Counted from the first letter of the stretch, positions 47,487 through 59,207 are shown. The stretch: 64,000 bases of DNA from Chitinophaga pinensis (GCA_945907065.1 CAMDSC010000002.1:96803-160802), one strand, 5' to 3'. A program made the numbers and translations. Notes: generated from the letters alone by a model not told the origin.

Positions 47487-48515
47487 ATGCATACCAACGC
47501 CCAACCTGTCCAAAATATTACCCTTTTAGCCATTGAATCATCATGTGATGACACTGCAGTGGCTGTCATTTGTGATGGAAAAATACTTTCAAATATTATT
47601 ACCAGTCAGGATGTTCATCAAAAATATGGTGGTGTGGTACCTGAACTTGCATCAAGGTCGCATCAAAAAAACATTGTTCCTGTGATAGATTTAGCCTTAA
47701 AAAAAGCCAAAATTTCGCTAAAAGATTTGGATGGAATAGCTTTTACACAAGGCCCGGGATTATTAGGTTCTTTGTTAGTTGGAAGTAGTTTTGCAAAGGG
47801 TTTGGCTCTTTCATTAGATAAACCTTTGGTTGCCGTAAACCATATTGATGCTCATGTTTTGGCACATTTAATTGAAAATCCAAATATTCCTTTCCCTTTT
47901 TTATGCCTTTTAGTTTCGGGTGGTCACACCCAAATTGTAAAGGTAAATTCGGTCACAAATATGCAAATATTAGGAAAAACTATTGATGATGCAGCTGGTG
48001 AAGCCTTTGATAAAGCTGCAAAAATATTAGGACTTCCTTATCCCGGTGGGCCTCTTATTGATAAATATGCAACTACTGGAAACCCTTTGGCTTATAAATT
48101 TTCATCAGGAAATGTACCCAATCTTGATTTTAGTTTTAGTGGATTTAAAACTGCCGTTCTTTATTTTGTGAGAGATAAAATGGCGAAGGATGCAACTTTT
48201 ATCGATACTAATCTGTCTGATATTTGTGCCTCCATTCAACATACAATTGTGACATATTTATTATCTAAATTAAAAACAGCTGCCTTGCAAACCAAAATTA
48301 AACATATTGCAATAGCTGGCGGGGTGGCTGCCAATTCAGGATTAAGAAATAATTTGAAGTTTATGGCTGCTAAGCAAAATTGGTCTACATACATTCCAGC
48401 TTTTGAGTATTGTACTGATAATGCGGGAATGATAGCCATGGCAGGATACTATAAATTTTTGGCTGGCGATACTGTAGGAATAGATGTTGCGTCATTTGCT
48501 TCGTTAAAAAAATAA
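47487..48515 (+). CDS. tsaD: tRNA N6-adenosine threonylcarbamoyltransferase
   Basis: LAIESSCDDTAVAV..., HxxAH metal motif (NHIDAHVLAHL), and GGVAANS. Confidence 0.9.
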   Translation: MHTNAQPVQNITLLAIESSCDDTAVAVICDGKILSNIITSQDVHQKYGGVVPELASRSHQKNIVPVIDLALKKAKISLKDLDGIAFTQGPGLLGSLLVGSSFAKGLALSLDKPLVAVNHIDAHVLAHLIENPNIPFPFLCLLVSGGHTQIVKVNSVTNMQILGKTIDDAAGEAFDKAAKILGLPYPGGPLIDKYATTGNPLAYKFSSGNVPNLDFSFSGFKTAVLYFVRDKMAKDATFIDTNLSDICASIQHTIVTYLLSKLKTAALQTKIKHIAIAGGVAANSGLRNNLKFMAAKQNWSTYIPAFEYCTDNAGMIAMAGYYKFLAGDTVGIDVASFASLKK

Positions 48516-48530
48516 ATTTTGGAACAATAG

Positions 48531-49394
48531 TTGATAAAACACAACAAAATGTCAAGATTACTTAAAACTCTAATAATTATATTAACTACCTTGTGGTTTA
48601 ATACTAATATTCAGGCTCAGGACGGTATAGACACCGCTCTATTTAAACAGTATAAAGTTAAAAAAATGTGGGTCTGGGTAAAGCTACCAATTTTGCCAAG
48701 TAGAACCATGGATGACAGTTGTAAAGCTGAAATTTATGAAATTGACACATTCACAAGAATCACGTATCAAAATAAAGCTATGAATTGCTATGGATGGGGC
48801 GGCTCATCTGAAAGTTACAATACTTATGATACATTGGATAGAATTATATTATCTAAAACCATTTTGGAAGAAGAAGTTATTTATAGCAAATATTTCTATA
48901 ACGCTAAAAATGACATTTTAAAAATTGTGCAAACCAGCCTTCAAAAACCTGACAGCTTTGTTATTAAAAATTTTTATATTTATAATAGCAAAGGAAAAGT
49001 TAGTGAAATGAAAAATTTAGAAATAATTGGAAGTGATACCACAAAGTATATTACAAAATACAATTATGATAAGGCAGACAATATAAAAACAATATGGACC
49101 TACACAGGGGATTTGCAGCTCATCCAAAAACAAAATTTCGAGATTACACCAATTAGCAAAAAAATCCTCGAATTTTCAACGGAAACCAAATTACCAAAAG
49201 AGTCATTTACACGAGGTTGGAATTATTATAATTTTGATGCCCAACTTAGCCGAACCCAATACAGTAATAATACCTGGACAGAATTTGTATATAAAGACAA
49301 TGGCCTTTTAGACCAAACTCTTAGTTATAACATGCAAGGAAAACTTAATTCATGGAAACGTTATTACTACGAATTTTATGAAAGTGGTGAGTAA
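48531..49394 (+). CDS. Hypothetical secreted protein
   Basis: Signal peptide (MSRLLKTLIIILTTLWFNTNIQAQ from Met 48549). 287 aa. No recognisable motif. Confidence 0.45.
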   Translation: MIKHNKMSRLLKTLIIILTTLWFNTNIQAQDGIDTALFKQYKVKKMWVWVKLPILPSRTMDDSCKAEIYEIDTFTRITYQNKAMNCYGWGGSSESYNTYDTLDRIILSKTILEEEVIYSKYFYNAKNDILKIVQTSLQKPDSFVIKNFYIYNSKGKVSEMKNLEIIGSDTTKYITKYNYDKADNIKTIWTYTGDLQLIQKQNFEITPISKKILEFSTETKLPKESFTRGWNYYNFDAQLSRTQYSNNTWTEFVYKDNGLLDQTLSYNMQGKLNSWKRYYYEFYESGE

Positions 49395-49749
49395 TTTTTT
49401 ACTAATTTTTATTGGCGGAGGAGTTGGTGCTTTATTGCGTTATGGGTTTTCGTTGTTTATTAAAATTTCACCTTCAGGTTTTCCTCTTGCCACATTTTGG
49501 GTAAATGTAATCGGGTGTTTTTTTATCGGGCTTTTGTATTCCTTTTTAAATATTGAAAACCAAGCATTACGATTATTGCTAATTGTTGGTTTATTAGGAG
49601 GGTTCACAACCTTTTCATCATTTGGAAATGAAACCATCCAACTTATAGAAAAAGGCCGCCACCAAACTGCCTTTTTTTATGTAATTTTGAGCAATATATG
49701 TGGGTTAGCAGCCGTTTATTTAGGTACCAAAATTTCTTCAATAATATAG
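49378..49749 (+). CDS. crcB: Fluoride ion channel CrcB/FluC
   Basis: Four-TM 123-aa protein with GGxGAxxRY (GGGVGALLRYG) and LGGFTTFSSF motifs. Confidence 0.8.
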   Translation: MKVVSNFLLIFIGGGVGALLRYGFSLFIKISPSGFPLATFWVNVIGCFFIGLLYSFLNIENQALRLLLIVGLLGGFTTFSSFGNETIQLIEKGRHQTAFFYVILSNICGLAAVYLGTKISSII

Positions 49750-51011
49750 TGCGACGCAAAATAATAATCTTCTTTTTATTTTTCTTAATCGAGGTTTCAA
49801 CCTTTGCTTCAAAAATTTTGATACCTATGGATAATTCCCAAAAAGACCATCTAAAGGCATATGGAATTGCGTATTGGATTTTAACATTTGACAAAGAAGT
49901 GGAGTGGCTATTGAACTATCGAGGAGGTAGTTTTATGGTTGATAATATTGATAAATTTGAAAAGGAGTGTTTGCTTAGAGGGGTTAGTTATCAAAAGATA
50001 ACCGATGGAGCTGCTCAAGATATTTATTCAGAAATAGCCAATCCTGCTGTAAATATGGAGGTTGTAAAATTATTGAAAGCCCCAAAAGTGGCCGTGTATA
50101 GTCCTAAAACTAAGCAACCATGGGATGATGCTGTAACTTTGGTATTAACCTATGCCGAAATACCCTACGAAACCATTTTTGATGATGACGTAATGGAAGG
50201 GAAATTGCCTCTTTATGATTGGCTTCATCTACATCACGAAGATTTTACGGGACAATACGGTAAATTTTGGGCAAGTTATCATCAGGCAGATTGGTACAAA
50301 GAACAAGTGGCAGAAGCAGAAGCTATTGCAGCCAAACACGGATTTAACAAAGTATCGGACTTAAAATTGGCAGTAGTAAAAAAAATCAGAGACTTTACTT
50401 TAGGCGGCGGATTTTTGTTTGCTATGTGCAGCGCAACTGATAGTTATGATATAGCATTGGCCGCCGATGGAGTAGATATTTGCGAATCAATGTATGATGG
50501 CGATGGGGTAGATCCAGATGCTCAATCCAAGTTACAATTTGACAACACATTTGCTTTCAAAAATTTTCAGTTAGAGATGAATCCTTATGTATATGAATAT
50601 TCAAATATTGATATGCAGGTTTCGGAACGACCTGTGAGTGAGGAAAATGATCTATTTGTTTTATTTGATTTTTCAGCCAAATATGATATTGTTCCAACTA
50701 TACTTTGCCAAAACCATGAAAAGGTTATTAAAGGATTTATGGGTCAAACAACTGCTTTTCGTAAAAGTTTAATAAAGAGTGATGTATTAATAATGGGGCA
50801 AAATCAATCATTGGGTGAAGCCAAATACATGCACGGAACTTTGGGCAAAGGCACCTGGACTTTTTACGGAGGCCATGACCCAGAGGATTACCAGCACATG
50901 GTAGGTGAACCACCAACTGAACTTTCATTACATCCAAACTCACCCGGATACAGGCTTATTCTTAACAATATTTTGTTTCCTTCAGCTAAAAAGAAAAAGC
51001 AAAAAACATAA
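49749..51011 (+). CDS. Hypothetical secreted protein
   Basis: In-frame GTG at 49749 overlaps the crcB stop and gives a signal peptide (V)RRKIIIFFLFFLIEVSTFA. ~420 aa. No recognisable motif. The ORF track starts earlier, at 49698. Confidence 0.45.
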   Translation: MRRKIIIFFLFFLIEVSTFASKILIPMDNSQKDHLKAYGIAYWILTFDKEVEWLLNYRGGSFMVDNIDKFEKECLLRGVSYQKITDGAAQDIYSEIANPAVNMEVVKLLKAPKVAVYSPKTKQPWDDAVTLVLTYAEIPYETIFDDDVMEGKLPLYDWLHLHHEDFTGQYGKFWASYHQADWYKEQVAEAEAIAAKHGFNKVSDLKLAVVKKIRDFTLGGGFLFAMCSATDSYDIALAADGVDICESMYDGDGVDPDAQSKLQFDNTFAFKNFQLEMNPYVYEYSNIDMQVSERPVSEENDLFVLFDFSAKYDIVPTILCQNHEKVIKGFMGQTTAFRKSLIKSDVLIMGQNQSLGEAKYMHGTLGKGTWTFYGGHDPEDYQHMVGEPPTELSLHPNSPGYRLILNNILFPSAKKKKQKT

Positions 51012-51027
51012 ACATCATTTCGGCTAA

Positions 51028-52170
51028 TTGTCAGGCATCTACGTTCATATCCCCTATTGCACCAAGTCTTGCTTTTATTGCGATTTTCATTTTTCGGTTA
51101 ATAAAAAAAGTATGCCCGAAATGACCGAGGCTATTCTTAAAGAAGTCGTTTATTTTGGTAAAAAAGGAATGCAGGATTTTTTTTATTCCAAACCCATTGA
51201 TACCATTTATTTTGGTGGTGGAACCCCATCCACATTACCGATTGAGGATATTACCAAAATTTTAGAAACTATTTACGCAAACTATACTGTAGCCAATAAT
51301 CCTGAAATTACCTTAGAAGCCAATCCGGATGATTTAACGGAGGACTATTGCCGACGACTTAAGGTTACGGGAATAAATAGGCTGAGTATTGGAATACAAT
51401 CCTTCTATGATGAACACCTTAAATGGATGAACCGTTCGCATAATGCCGAACAAGCGGAAAATTGCGTTAAGAATGCTATTGACGCAGGAATTACCAATAT
51501 CAGCATTGATTTAATTTATGGCTTTCCGGGATTGATGGATACCCAATGGGAAGCCAATTTGCAAAAAGCCCAAAATCTTCCTATTAATCATTTATCCTGC
51601 TATTGCCTTACTGTGGAGGAAAAAACTCCATTAAAAAAATTGATAGAAACCGGACGATACAAAGCCCCTGATGAGGATATCGCCACCGGTCATTTTAATA
51701 CGCTTGTAAATTGGGCTAAAACCAATCATTGGGAGCATTACGAAATTTCAAACTTTTGCCGAAATGGATTTTATTCCAAACACAATACCGGCTACTGGCA
51801 ACAAAAACATTATTTGGGAATTGGACCGTCGGCTCATTCCTATAATAGTGCAGAACGCCGATGGAATGTGAAAGATAATAATTTATACATTCAAGGCTGG
51901 GAGCAAAATCAAACTTCCTTTGAAGTTGAAATTTTAACCCCAACCGAAAAATTGAATGATTTTATTTTAACATCCCTGCGAACTCAATGGGGTTTGGATA
52001 TTGCTGTGGCAAGTGAAATATCAGGAACTGATTTTTTTAAAGAAAATAAGGAATTGATAGACATGTACGTTTCTATGGGTTTAATGGAAACTGATAAATC
52101 TATTTTGAAACTCACGAATGAAGGAAAACTTTATGCAGAAGGAATTGCGGCTGAGTTTTTTGGAGAGTGA
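51028..52170 (+). CDS. hemW: Radical-SAM heme chaperone HemW (HemN-like, oxygen-independent coproporphyrinogen oxidase family)
   Basis: MSGIYVHIPYCTKSCFYCDF (CxxxCxxC) and ...YFGGGTPS. Confidence 0.85.
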   Translation: MSGIYVHIPYCTKSCFYCDFHFSVNKKSMPEMTEAILKEVVYFGKKGMQDFFYSKPIDTIYFGGGTPSTLPIEDITKILETIYANYTVANNPEITLEANPDDLTEDYCRRLKVTGINRLSIGIQSFYDEHLKWMNRSHNAEQAENCVKNAIDAGITNISIDLIYGFPGLMDTQWEANLQKAQNLPINHLSCYCLTVEEKTPLKKLIETGRYKAPDEDIATGHFNTLVNWAKTNHWEHYEISNFCRNGFYSKHNTGYWQQKHYLGIGPSAHSYNSAERRWNVKDNNLYIQGWEQNQTSFEVEILTPTEKLNDFILTSLRTQWGLDIAVASEISGTDFFKENKELIDMYVSMGLMETDKSILKLTNEGKLYAEGIAAEFFGE

Positions 52171-52177
52171 TTATTTA

Positions 52178-52639
52178 TTACCGTCGGTTCAAACCGACGG
52201 CAATGGTAGCCTCCTTTATCAAATCTAACTCAAATCCTCTGCTCATTAGCCAGGTTATAATTTTTTGCTGGTCTTTCCAATCTGATTTAGTTGGCAATTT
52301 TTTTTCTATTAATTGCACCAAACATTCCCAATAATCTTTGTCATCAATTTCTTTCATCGCTGCTTTTATACAATAGTCAGAAATTTTTCGGGCGGTTAAT
52401 TCTCGTTTAATTTTTAATCTTCCCCATTTTTTGGTTCTAAATTTTCCTCCGGCAAAAGCTTTGGCAAAACGTTCTTCGTTTAAAAAATTAGTTTCGATAA
52501 GCCTTACCATCACCTCATTTACAGTATCGGTATTGCAGCCCAGTTCATATAATTTATTTTTAACCTCCTGATGGCAACGCTCCTGATAAGCGCAATAATG
52601 CTGAGCTTTGGCAAGTATTTCGGGCTGAATGAACGACAT
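52178..52639 (-). CDS. recX: Regulatory protein RecX
   Basis: 153 aa of three-helix repeats. KAQHYCAYQERCHQEVKNKL...FLNEERFAKAF is typical of RecX. Confidence 0.75.
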   Translation of the reverse strand: MSFIQPEILAKAQHYCAYQERCHQEVKNKLYELGCNTDTVNEVMVRLIETNFLNEERFAKAFAGGKFRTKKWGRLKIKRELTARKISDYCIKAAMKEIDDKDYWECLVQLIEKKLPTKSDWKDQQKIITWLMSRGFELDLIKEATIAVGLNRR

Positions 52640-52666
52640 TGGTTAATGCGAAATTACTAAAATTTG

Positions 52667-52721
52667 ATTCCTAAAAATTGGGGACAATTTTATAAAAAAA
52701 TACTTTGTAATTTTTAGGAAC
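52667..52721. promoter_or_regulatory. 13-bp inverted repeat (ATTCCTAAAAATT / AATTTTTAGGAAC) in the divergent recX-dcd intergenic region.
   Basis: 12 of 13 positions are complementary. The halves are separated by ~30 bp and could be an operator or a promoter-associated palindrome. Confidence 0.3.
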
Positions 52722-52761
52722 AACGAAAGTACTTTTATTAATTTGCAGCCCCCAAACAAAA

Positions 52762-53298
52762 ATGATTTTAAGTGATTTAAGAATTCTTGAGGAGATAGAA
52801 AAAGGATCTATTTTAATTGAGCCGTTTCGCAAGGAATGTCTTGGTACAAACAGCTATGATGTACATTTGGGAAAACACCTTGGTTGTTACAAAGACAGGG
52901 TTTTGGATGCAAAAGCGCATAACAAAATTGATTTATTCGAAATCCCTTTGGATGGTTTTGTTTTGCAACCCGACACCCTTTATTTGGGAGTAACAGAGGA
53001 ATACACTGAAACACACAAACACATTCCTTTTTTGGAAGGAAAATCAAGCACAGGCCGTTTGGGAATTGACATACACGCTACCGCAGGAAAAGGCGATGTG
53101 GGATTTTGCAATACCTGGACTTTAGAAATTTCGTGCACACAACCGGTTAGAATTTACAGGGGAATGCCCATTGGACAATTAATTTATTTTATGGTAGAGG
53201 GTGAAATTGAAACCCTTTACAACAAAAAAGCAAACGCCAAATACAGCAAACGCACCATCAAGCCTGTAGAAAGCATGATGTGGAAGAACAAATTTTGA
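52762..53298 (+). CDS. dcd: dCTP deaminase
   Basis: MILSDLRI..., GKSSTGRLG, and trimeric dUTPase-fold motifs. 178 aa. Confidence 0.85.
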   Translation: MILSDLRILEEIEKGSILIEPFRKECLGTNSYDVHLGKHLGCYKDRVLDAKAHNKIDLFEIPLDGFVLQPDTLYLGVTEEYTETHKHIPFLEGKSSTGRLGIDIHATAGKGDVGFCNTWTLEISCTQPVRIYRGMPIGQLIYFMVEGEIETLYNKKANAKYSKRTIKPVESMMWKNKF

Positions 53299-53399
53299 TA
53301 ATGATGCCATTTTAAATATACGAACCTCGGCCTGCTTCCTGGTCGGGGTTTGTTTTTTTATTTTGCCACTAAAACAGATAGACACAAAAAATCAAACAA

Positions 53400-54062
53400 A
53401 TGAAAATTCCTTGGTATAAATATATTCTCTCTTATTTTTATTTGGTAACAATCAAAAAAATCCCTTCCGAGTATAATCCAGGATTGTGCATTCAAATGGA
53501 AGCTGGAAGATTATTACTAAACACCACGAATGCCAACTACAGCTACGGCAATCTTCACAAAGTTTTTGAAGAGGTTTTTGAACTGATAGAAATAGATAAC
53601 AATCCTCCTGAAAAACTACTTTTATTAGGTTTAGGAACCGGAAGCATTATTGATATTTTACAACGTCAATATGGTTTGCACCCTCAAATTACAGCTGTGG
53701 AAATTGACCCTGCTATTATTGATTCTTTAAAATTTTGGAATAAAACAGACCTTGAAAAAACAGAAATTATTCAAGGAGATGCGTTTGAGGTTATTAAAAA
53801 TCTAAAATCTGGGTATAATTTAGTAATTGTTGATTTGTTCATCGATTTGGATGTGCATCCACAAATTCATAGCAAGGAATTTATCGAACAAATTAAATTT
53901 TTATTAGCACCTGAAGGCGAAATATTGATTAACTACGTGGTAAATACCAAACTGCAAAAACAAGAATTTACCGAATTTCAGCTTCTTTTATTAAACTATT
54001 TTAAAGAAATTAAAGGACATGAGGTAATGAACATGAATAGAGTTTTAGAGTTAAAAACTTAA
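53400..54062 (+). CDS. Spermidine-synthase-like class I SAM-dependent methyltransferase-fold protein
   Basis: LLLGLGTGSIIDIL ... ITAVEIDPAIID ... GDAFEV ... LVIVDLF pattern. Confidence 0.45.
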   Translation: MKIPWYKYILSYFYLVTIKKIPSEYNPGLCIQMEAGRLLLNTTNANYSYGNLHKVFEEVFELIEIDNNPPEKLLLLGLGTGSIIDILQRQYGLHPQITAVEIDPAIIDSLKFWNKTDLEKTEIIQGDAFEVIKNLKSGYNLVIVDLFIDLDVHPQIHSKEFIEQIKFLLAPEGEILINYVVNTKLQKQEFTEFQLLLLNYFKEIKGHEVMNMNRVLELKT

Positions 54063-54089
54063 ATCACAAATCATTCTATCTTTGCTGCA

Positions 54090-54890
54090 ATGGAACCAAT
54101 AAGTAGTTTACAAAACCCTTTAATCAAACTTATACAAAAGCTTGATAAAAACCGAGAACGGAGAAAACAAAATCTGATTCCGGTTGAAGGATTAAGGGAA
54201 TGCAGATTGGCAGCGGATGGTGGTTTTAACATTGAAAAAGTTTTGTATTGCAGCGAATATATTTCTGAACTTTCTTTAAGAACCGAGTTGAATTTATCTT
54301 CAAAATCACTTTGTATTAATATTTCTCCCAATGTATTTGACACCTTGGTTTACCGCAAGGGAATAGCCAATTGTTTGGCATTAATAAACCCCAAAGACTA
54401 TCGTTTTTCAGATATTGATACCTCCAAAAATCTTTTAATTTTAATTATTGATTCGGTAGAAAAGCCCGGAAATTTAGGAGCAATGTTAAGAACCTGTGAT
54501 GCCGCCGGAGTGGATGCCATCATCGTTTGTGACCCGCAAACAGATGTTTATAATCCCAATTGCATACGGGCAAGTCTTGGTGCTACATTTACAAAAAAGG
54601 TTATTGTAACTACTGCGGAAGATTGCATTAATTGGCTTAAAAAGAATTCTATAAACACCTTCGTTACTTATCTTGAATCTGCCCAAAACTATACCTTGGA
54701 AGATTTTACCAAACTAACGGCTATTGTTGTTGGCTCTGAAGCTTATGGTATAAAAGACATTTGGTTAAACAGCGGTTTTAAAAACATTATCATCCCCCAA
54801 TTTGGCAAAGTAGATTCAATGAATGTGGCTAATTCAGCAGGGATTGTGATTTATGAGGTGATAAGGCAACGAAACCTTTCGAGAGATTAA
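54090..54890 (+). CDS. TrmH/SpoU-family RNA 2'-O-methyltransferase
   Basis: SPOUT motifs LILIIDSVEKPGNLGAMLRTCDAAGV and IVVGSEAYGI ... SMNVANSAGIVIYE. Confidence 0.8.
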   Translation: MEPISSLQNPLIKLIQKLDKNRERRKQNLIPVEGLRECRLAADGGFNIEKVLYCSEYISELSLRTELNLSSKSLCINISPNVFDTLVYRKGIANCLALINPKDYRFSDIDTSKNLLILIIDSVEKPGNLGAMLRTCDAAGVDAIIVCDPQTDVYNPNCIRASLGATFTKKVIVTTAEDCINWLKKNSINTFVTYLESAQNYTLEDFTKLTAIVVGSEAYGIKDIWLNSGFKNIIIPQFGKVDSMNVANSAGIVIYEVIRQRNLSRD

Positions 54891-54915
54891 AAACCCTCGA
54901 AAGGTTAAAATTAAA

Positions 54916-56904
54916 TTAATGCACCAGCACAAATTTCCCTGATTTAAATTTTCCATCCACGCAATACCTTAAGAAATAAACCCCTGCCGGATAATTGGTC
55001 AAATCAATTTCTTTATAATGTTCATCGCTTGCTACAGGTATTTTCATAAGTAATTTTCCGTTGATATCGGCTATATAAAGTTCAGAAATACTCGCATTTA
55101 TTTCAACCTTCAAAATTCCGCGGCAAGGATTTGGATAGTATTTCAAAAACCAATCATCGGGTTTGTTATACACTGTTCCGGTTGAATCCTTTGCAGGATT
55201 TGGGTTTTGAACAAACGATGAATCTTTATTGGTACTCTCAGGCTGGTTGTGTTGCAACGAATCAATTCTTGCAGTATTCACTGTTTGATTGCATTCCGGC
55301 ATAAAAATATACTGTTGCGATAAACGGATTAATAAAATATTTAAGGTTTCTACGTCAAATTTATCAGTGCTTGGTGCAATATGCTTATCTCCTATTCCGC
55401 TGTGGTCGGTAAGAAAAATATAATTACCATTGGTAGCCAAAGCCATGCTTCGCATCAAATATTCACTGGCTTTATCAATCCCGCTGCAAACGATTGGAAC
55501 AATTCGAATTCCTTTTTCGGCAGCCATAATGGTATATTTATTAAGCTTTTCCATGGTTTCTTTATCATGGTGAGGTGAGGCATCCAATACCAAAAACATA
55601 ACTCTGGCTCTTGAATCTTCCCGCCACTTAAATTTACCAATGGCTACTTCCATAGCAGCATCCACTCCTTCGGGTTCATCCCCTCCACCATCTGCACTTT
55701 GGGCTTTCATAAAATCCATTACTTTACTAATATCAGAAGTCAAATCTTGCTGAACGGTTAAATAAGCATCTTCCTTGTCTCGGTAAAAAACGCTACCCAT
55801 ATTTAAGTTTAAGCCAGGATTTCCTTGTTTTACTTTTTCTATTACATCATACAATTCTGCCTGTAGATAACGAATTTCATCCCCCATGGAACCAGTGGCA
55901 TCCACTGCAAAAACGATATCCATATTTAATGGCTGCTTGCAAGCCGCCGGAATTACAAGCTTATTTATTCCCTGATTAAATGCAGAAGCATCTTTAATTG
56001 TAAAAATTTTCCCGTTATAAATAGCTTCTAAGGTGTACTTGCCTTTTATCAAATCGGTTGAATCATATAAATTGGCCCATAACTCTGCTTTTCCTGTATT
56101 GTCGGTATGGCTTTGCCAAATTGCTTTTCCAAATGGGTCTTTAAGAATTACTTTAATATCGGTTAACGGCGACTTGCTTTCATTGGTAATCTGAACACTG
56201 AACCGATGTTTTGGCAAAATTCCCCAATAAGTAATAAATGAATTCAATTCGCCTTTGCTCAAATCTTCCCATAGACTCCATTTGCTAAAATCATTAATCT
56301 CTCCTGCCGTTAATGTCCCGGCTTTCACATCACTGTTTATACCTCCTGAAGCATAAGTTACTCTGTCTCCTGAAACTCCTTCACTTGAAATATCTTCAAA
56401 TGACATGGCTGCACTAGTTGCCGAACCACTGCTTGTGTAAGATAGCGATGGTGCCGGTGAAGCATAGTAATCCTTTGCTCCGCCCCTGCTTGGCGTAAAT
56501 TTCATAACCTCTACAGCAATTGTTCCTTCTAATTTCTTCTCATCTATTTTTACAATTGTTGAGTCTTCTATAATTCTCTTCTTTTTAGCTAAAAATATTT
56601 TCTTGTTAATTACAGTATCCTTTTTAGGATTTACATTATAAGATTCGGAAAAAGTGTTATACCCGATATAGTTATAGTTAACTTTAAACTTTCCCGGTGT
56701 TAGGGTCAATTCAAAATTGCCTTTTGTATCTGTCAACGTTTTAAAAGTTGCTCCAGATGTTAAATTTTTGACCGAGACTTCACAGGCAATTAATGCCTCC
56801 TTTGTGGCTTTGTCTTTCACACTTCCTTTAAAAAGGATTTTTGTCTCAGGCGATTTGTTAAACAAACCCCAAATGGAGAAAAAGAATATTATCAGGTATT
56901 TCAT
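54916..56904 (-). CDS. T9SS cargo protein with a CarboxypepD_reg-like domain, a vWA domain, and a Por C-terminal sorting domain
   Basis: Signal peptide. The N-terminus (GSVKDKATKEALIACEVSVKNLTSG) is a carboxypeptidase-regulatory-like beta-sandwich. vWA start DIVFAVDATGSMGDEI. C-terminal YYPNPCRGILKVEINASI...GKFVLVH T9SS CTD. Confidence 0.65.
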   Translation of the reverse strand: MKYLIIFFFSIWGLFNKSPETKILFKGSVKDKATKEALIACEVSVKNLTSGATFKTLTDTKGNFELTLTPGKFKVNYNYIGYNTFSESYNVNPKKDTVINKKIFLAKKKRIIEDSTIVKIDEKKLEGTIAVEVMKFTPSRGGAKDYYASPAPSLSYTSSGSATSAAMSFEDISSEGVSGDRVTYASGGINSDVKAGTLTAGEINDFSKWSLWEDLSKGELNSFITYWGILPKHRFSVQITNESKSPLTDIKVILKDPFGKAIWQSHTDNTGKAELWANLYDSTDLIKGKYTLEAIYNGKIFTIKDASAFNQGINKLVIPAACKQPLNMDIVFAVDATGSMGDEIRYLQAELYDVIEKVKQGNPGLNLNMGSVFYRDKEDAYLTVQQDLTSDISKVMDFMKAQSADGGGDEPEGVDAAMEVAIGKFKWREDSRARVMFLVLDASPHHDKETMEKLNKYTIMAAEKGIRIVPIVCSGIDKASEYLMRSMALATNGNYIFLTDHSGIGDKHIAPSTDKFDVETLNILLIRLSQQYIFMPECNQTVNTARIDSLQHNQPESTNKDSSFVQNPNPAKDSTGTVYNKPDDWFLKYYPNPCRGILKVEINASISELYIADINGKLLMKIPVASDEHYKEIDLTNYPAGVYFLRYCVDGKFKSGKFVLVH

Positions 56905-57136
56905 GTTTTATATTTAAAAGGTGGATGCATAAGGAATAAAATTTCCATAAAAATATTTTTAAACTTTAAATTTTTATAAAAACGGCTCACTTTTACCCAA
57001 AGACAATACCAAGTAATATCTAAAGGTAAACGCAGATTTTGGAATTCATCTCTTTTATTTATTAGCAATTTTAATTTCGTCTGCCATTTCTATGACATTT
57101 TGACTTTTTAAAACTATCAAACCTTTAAAATTTCCG

Positions 57137-57153
57137 TTGGCATGGCTTATGCA
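57137..57153 (+). promoter_or_regulatory. Sigma-54-like -24/-12 element (TGGCATGGCTTATGCA) ~35 bp upstream of groES.
   Basis: Matches the TGGCACG-N4-TTGCW consensus at 14 of 16 positions, with correct GG/GC spacing. No CIRCE inverted repeat is present upstream. Confidence 0.25.
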
Positions 57154-57187
57154 AAGCAGTATTCAGTAAATAAAACTTAAAAATTAT

Positions 57188-57457
57188 ATGAACATACAAC
57201 CATTAGCCGACAGAGTATTAGTTGAAGCCGCACCGGCCGAACAAAAAACTGCAGGTGGTATCTACATTCCTGATACTGCCAAAGAAAAGCCACAAAAAGG
57301 AACTGTAGTAGCTGCAGGACCGGGCAAAAAAGATGAGCCTGTAACTGTAAAACCAGGTGACACGGTATTATTTGGCAAATATGCCGGAACCGAAATTCAA
57401 GTGGAAGGTAAAGATTACCTTATCATGCGTGAGTCTGATATTTTGGCAATCGTTTAA
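57188..57457 (+). CDS. groS: Co-chaperonin GroES
   Basis: [13 protein letters not shown]...[23 protein letters not shown]. Confidence 0.95.
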   Translation: MNIQPLADRVLVEAAPAEQKTAGGIYIPDTAKEKPQKGTVVAAGPGKKDEPVTVKPGDTVLFGKYAGTEIQVEGKDYLIMRESDILAIV

Positions 57458-57481
57458 TTTTAAACCTTATAATTTTTATAA

Positions 57482-59128
<1,647 letters not shown>

Positions 59129-59130
59129 AA

Positions 59131-59188
59131 AGTCCCCCTTGTGTGCCAGCTTTTTGAGCGATGGCGAAGGGGGTAGGGGGATGTTTTT
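59131..59188. repeat. GC-rich hairpin element downstream of groEL (TCCCCCTT-26 nt-AAGGGGGTAGGGGGAT).
   Basis: C5/G5 tracts stand out in an AT-rich genome. The GGGGGTAGGGGG core resembles GGGGGTTAGAGGG at 15884-15897. Confidence 0.35.
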
Positions 59189-59207
59189 AAACTCCCTCCC
59201 CATAAAA

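Noticed and set aside
49378-49394. Checked for a fluoride riboswitch (crcB motif) upstream of crcB.
   Set aside because: crcB overlaps the upstream ORF by 17 nt, leaving no leader. No room for a riboswitch here.
56905-57187. Looked for a CIRCE/HrcA operator upstream of groES.
   Set aside because: TTATTAGCAATT is present but there is no GAGTGCTAA partner, so there is no credible CIRCE inverted repeat.
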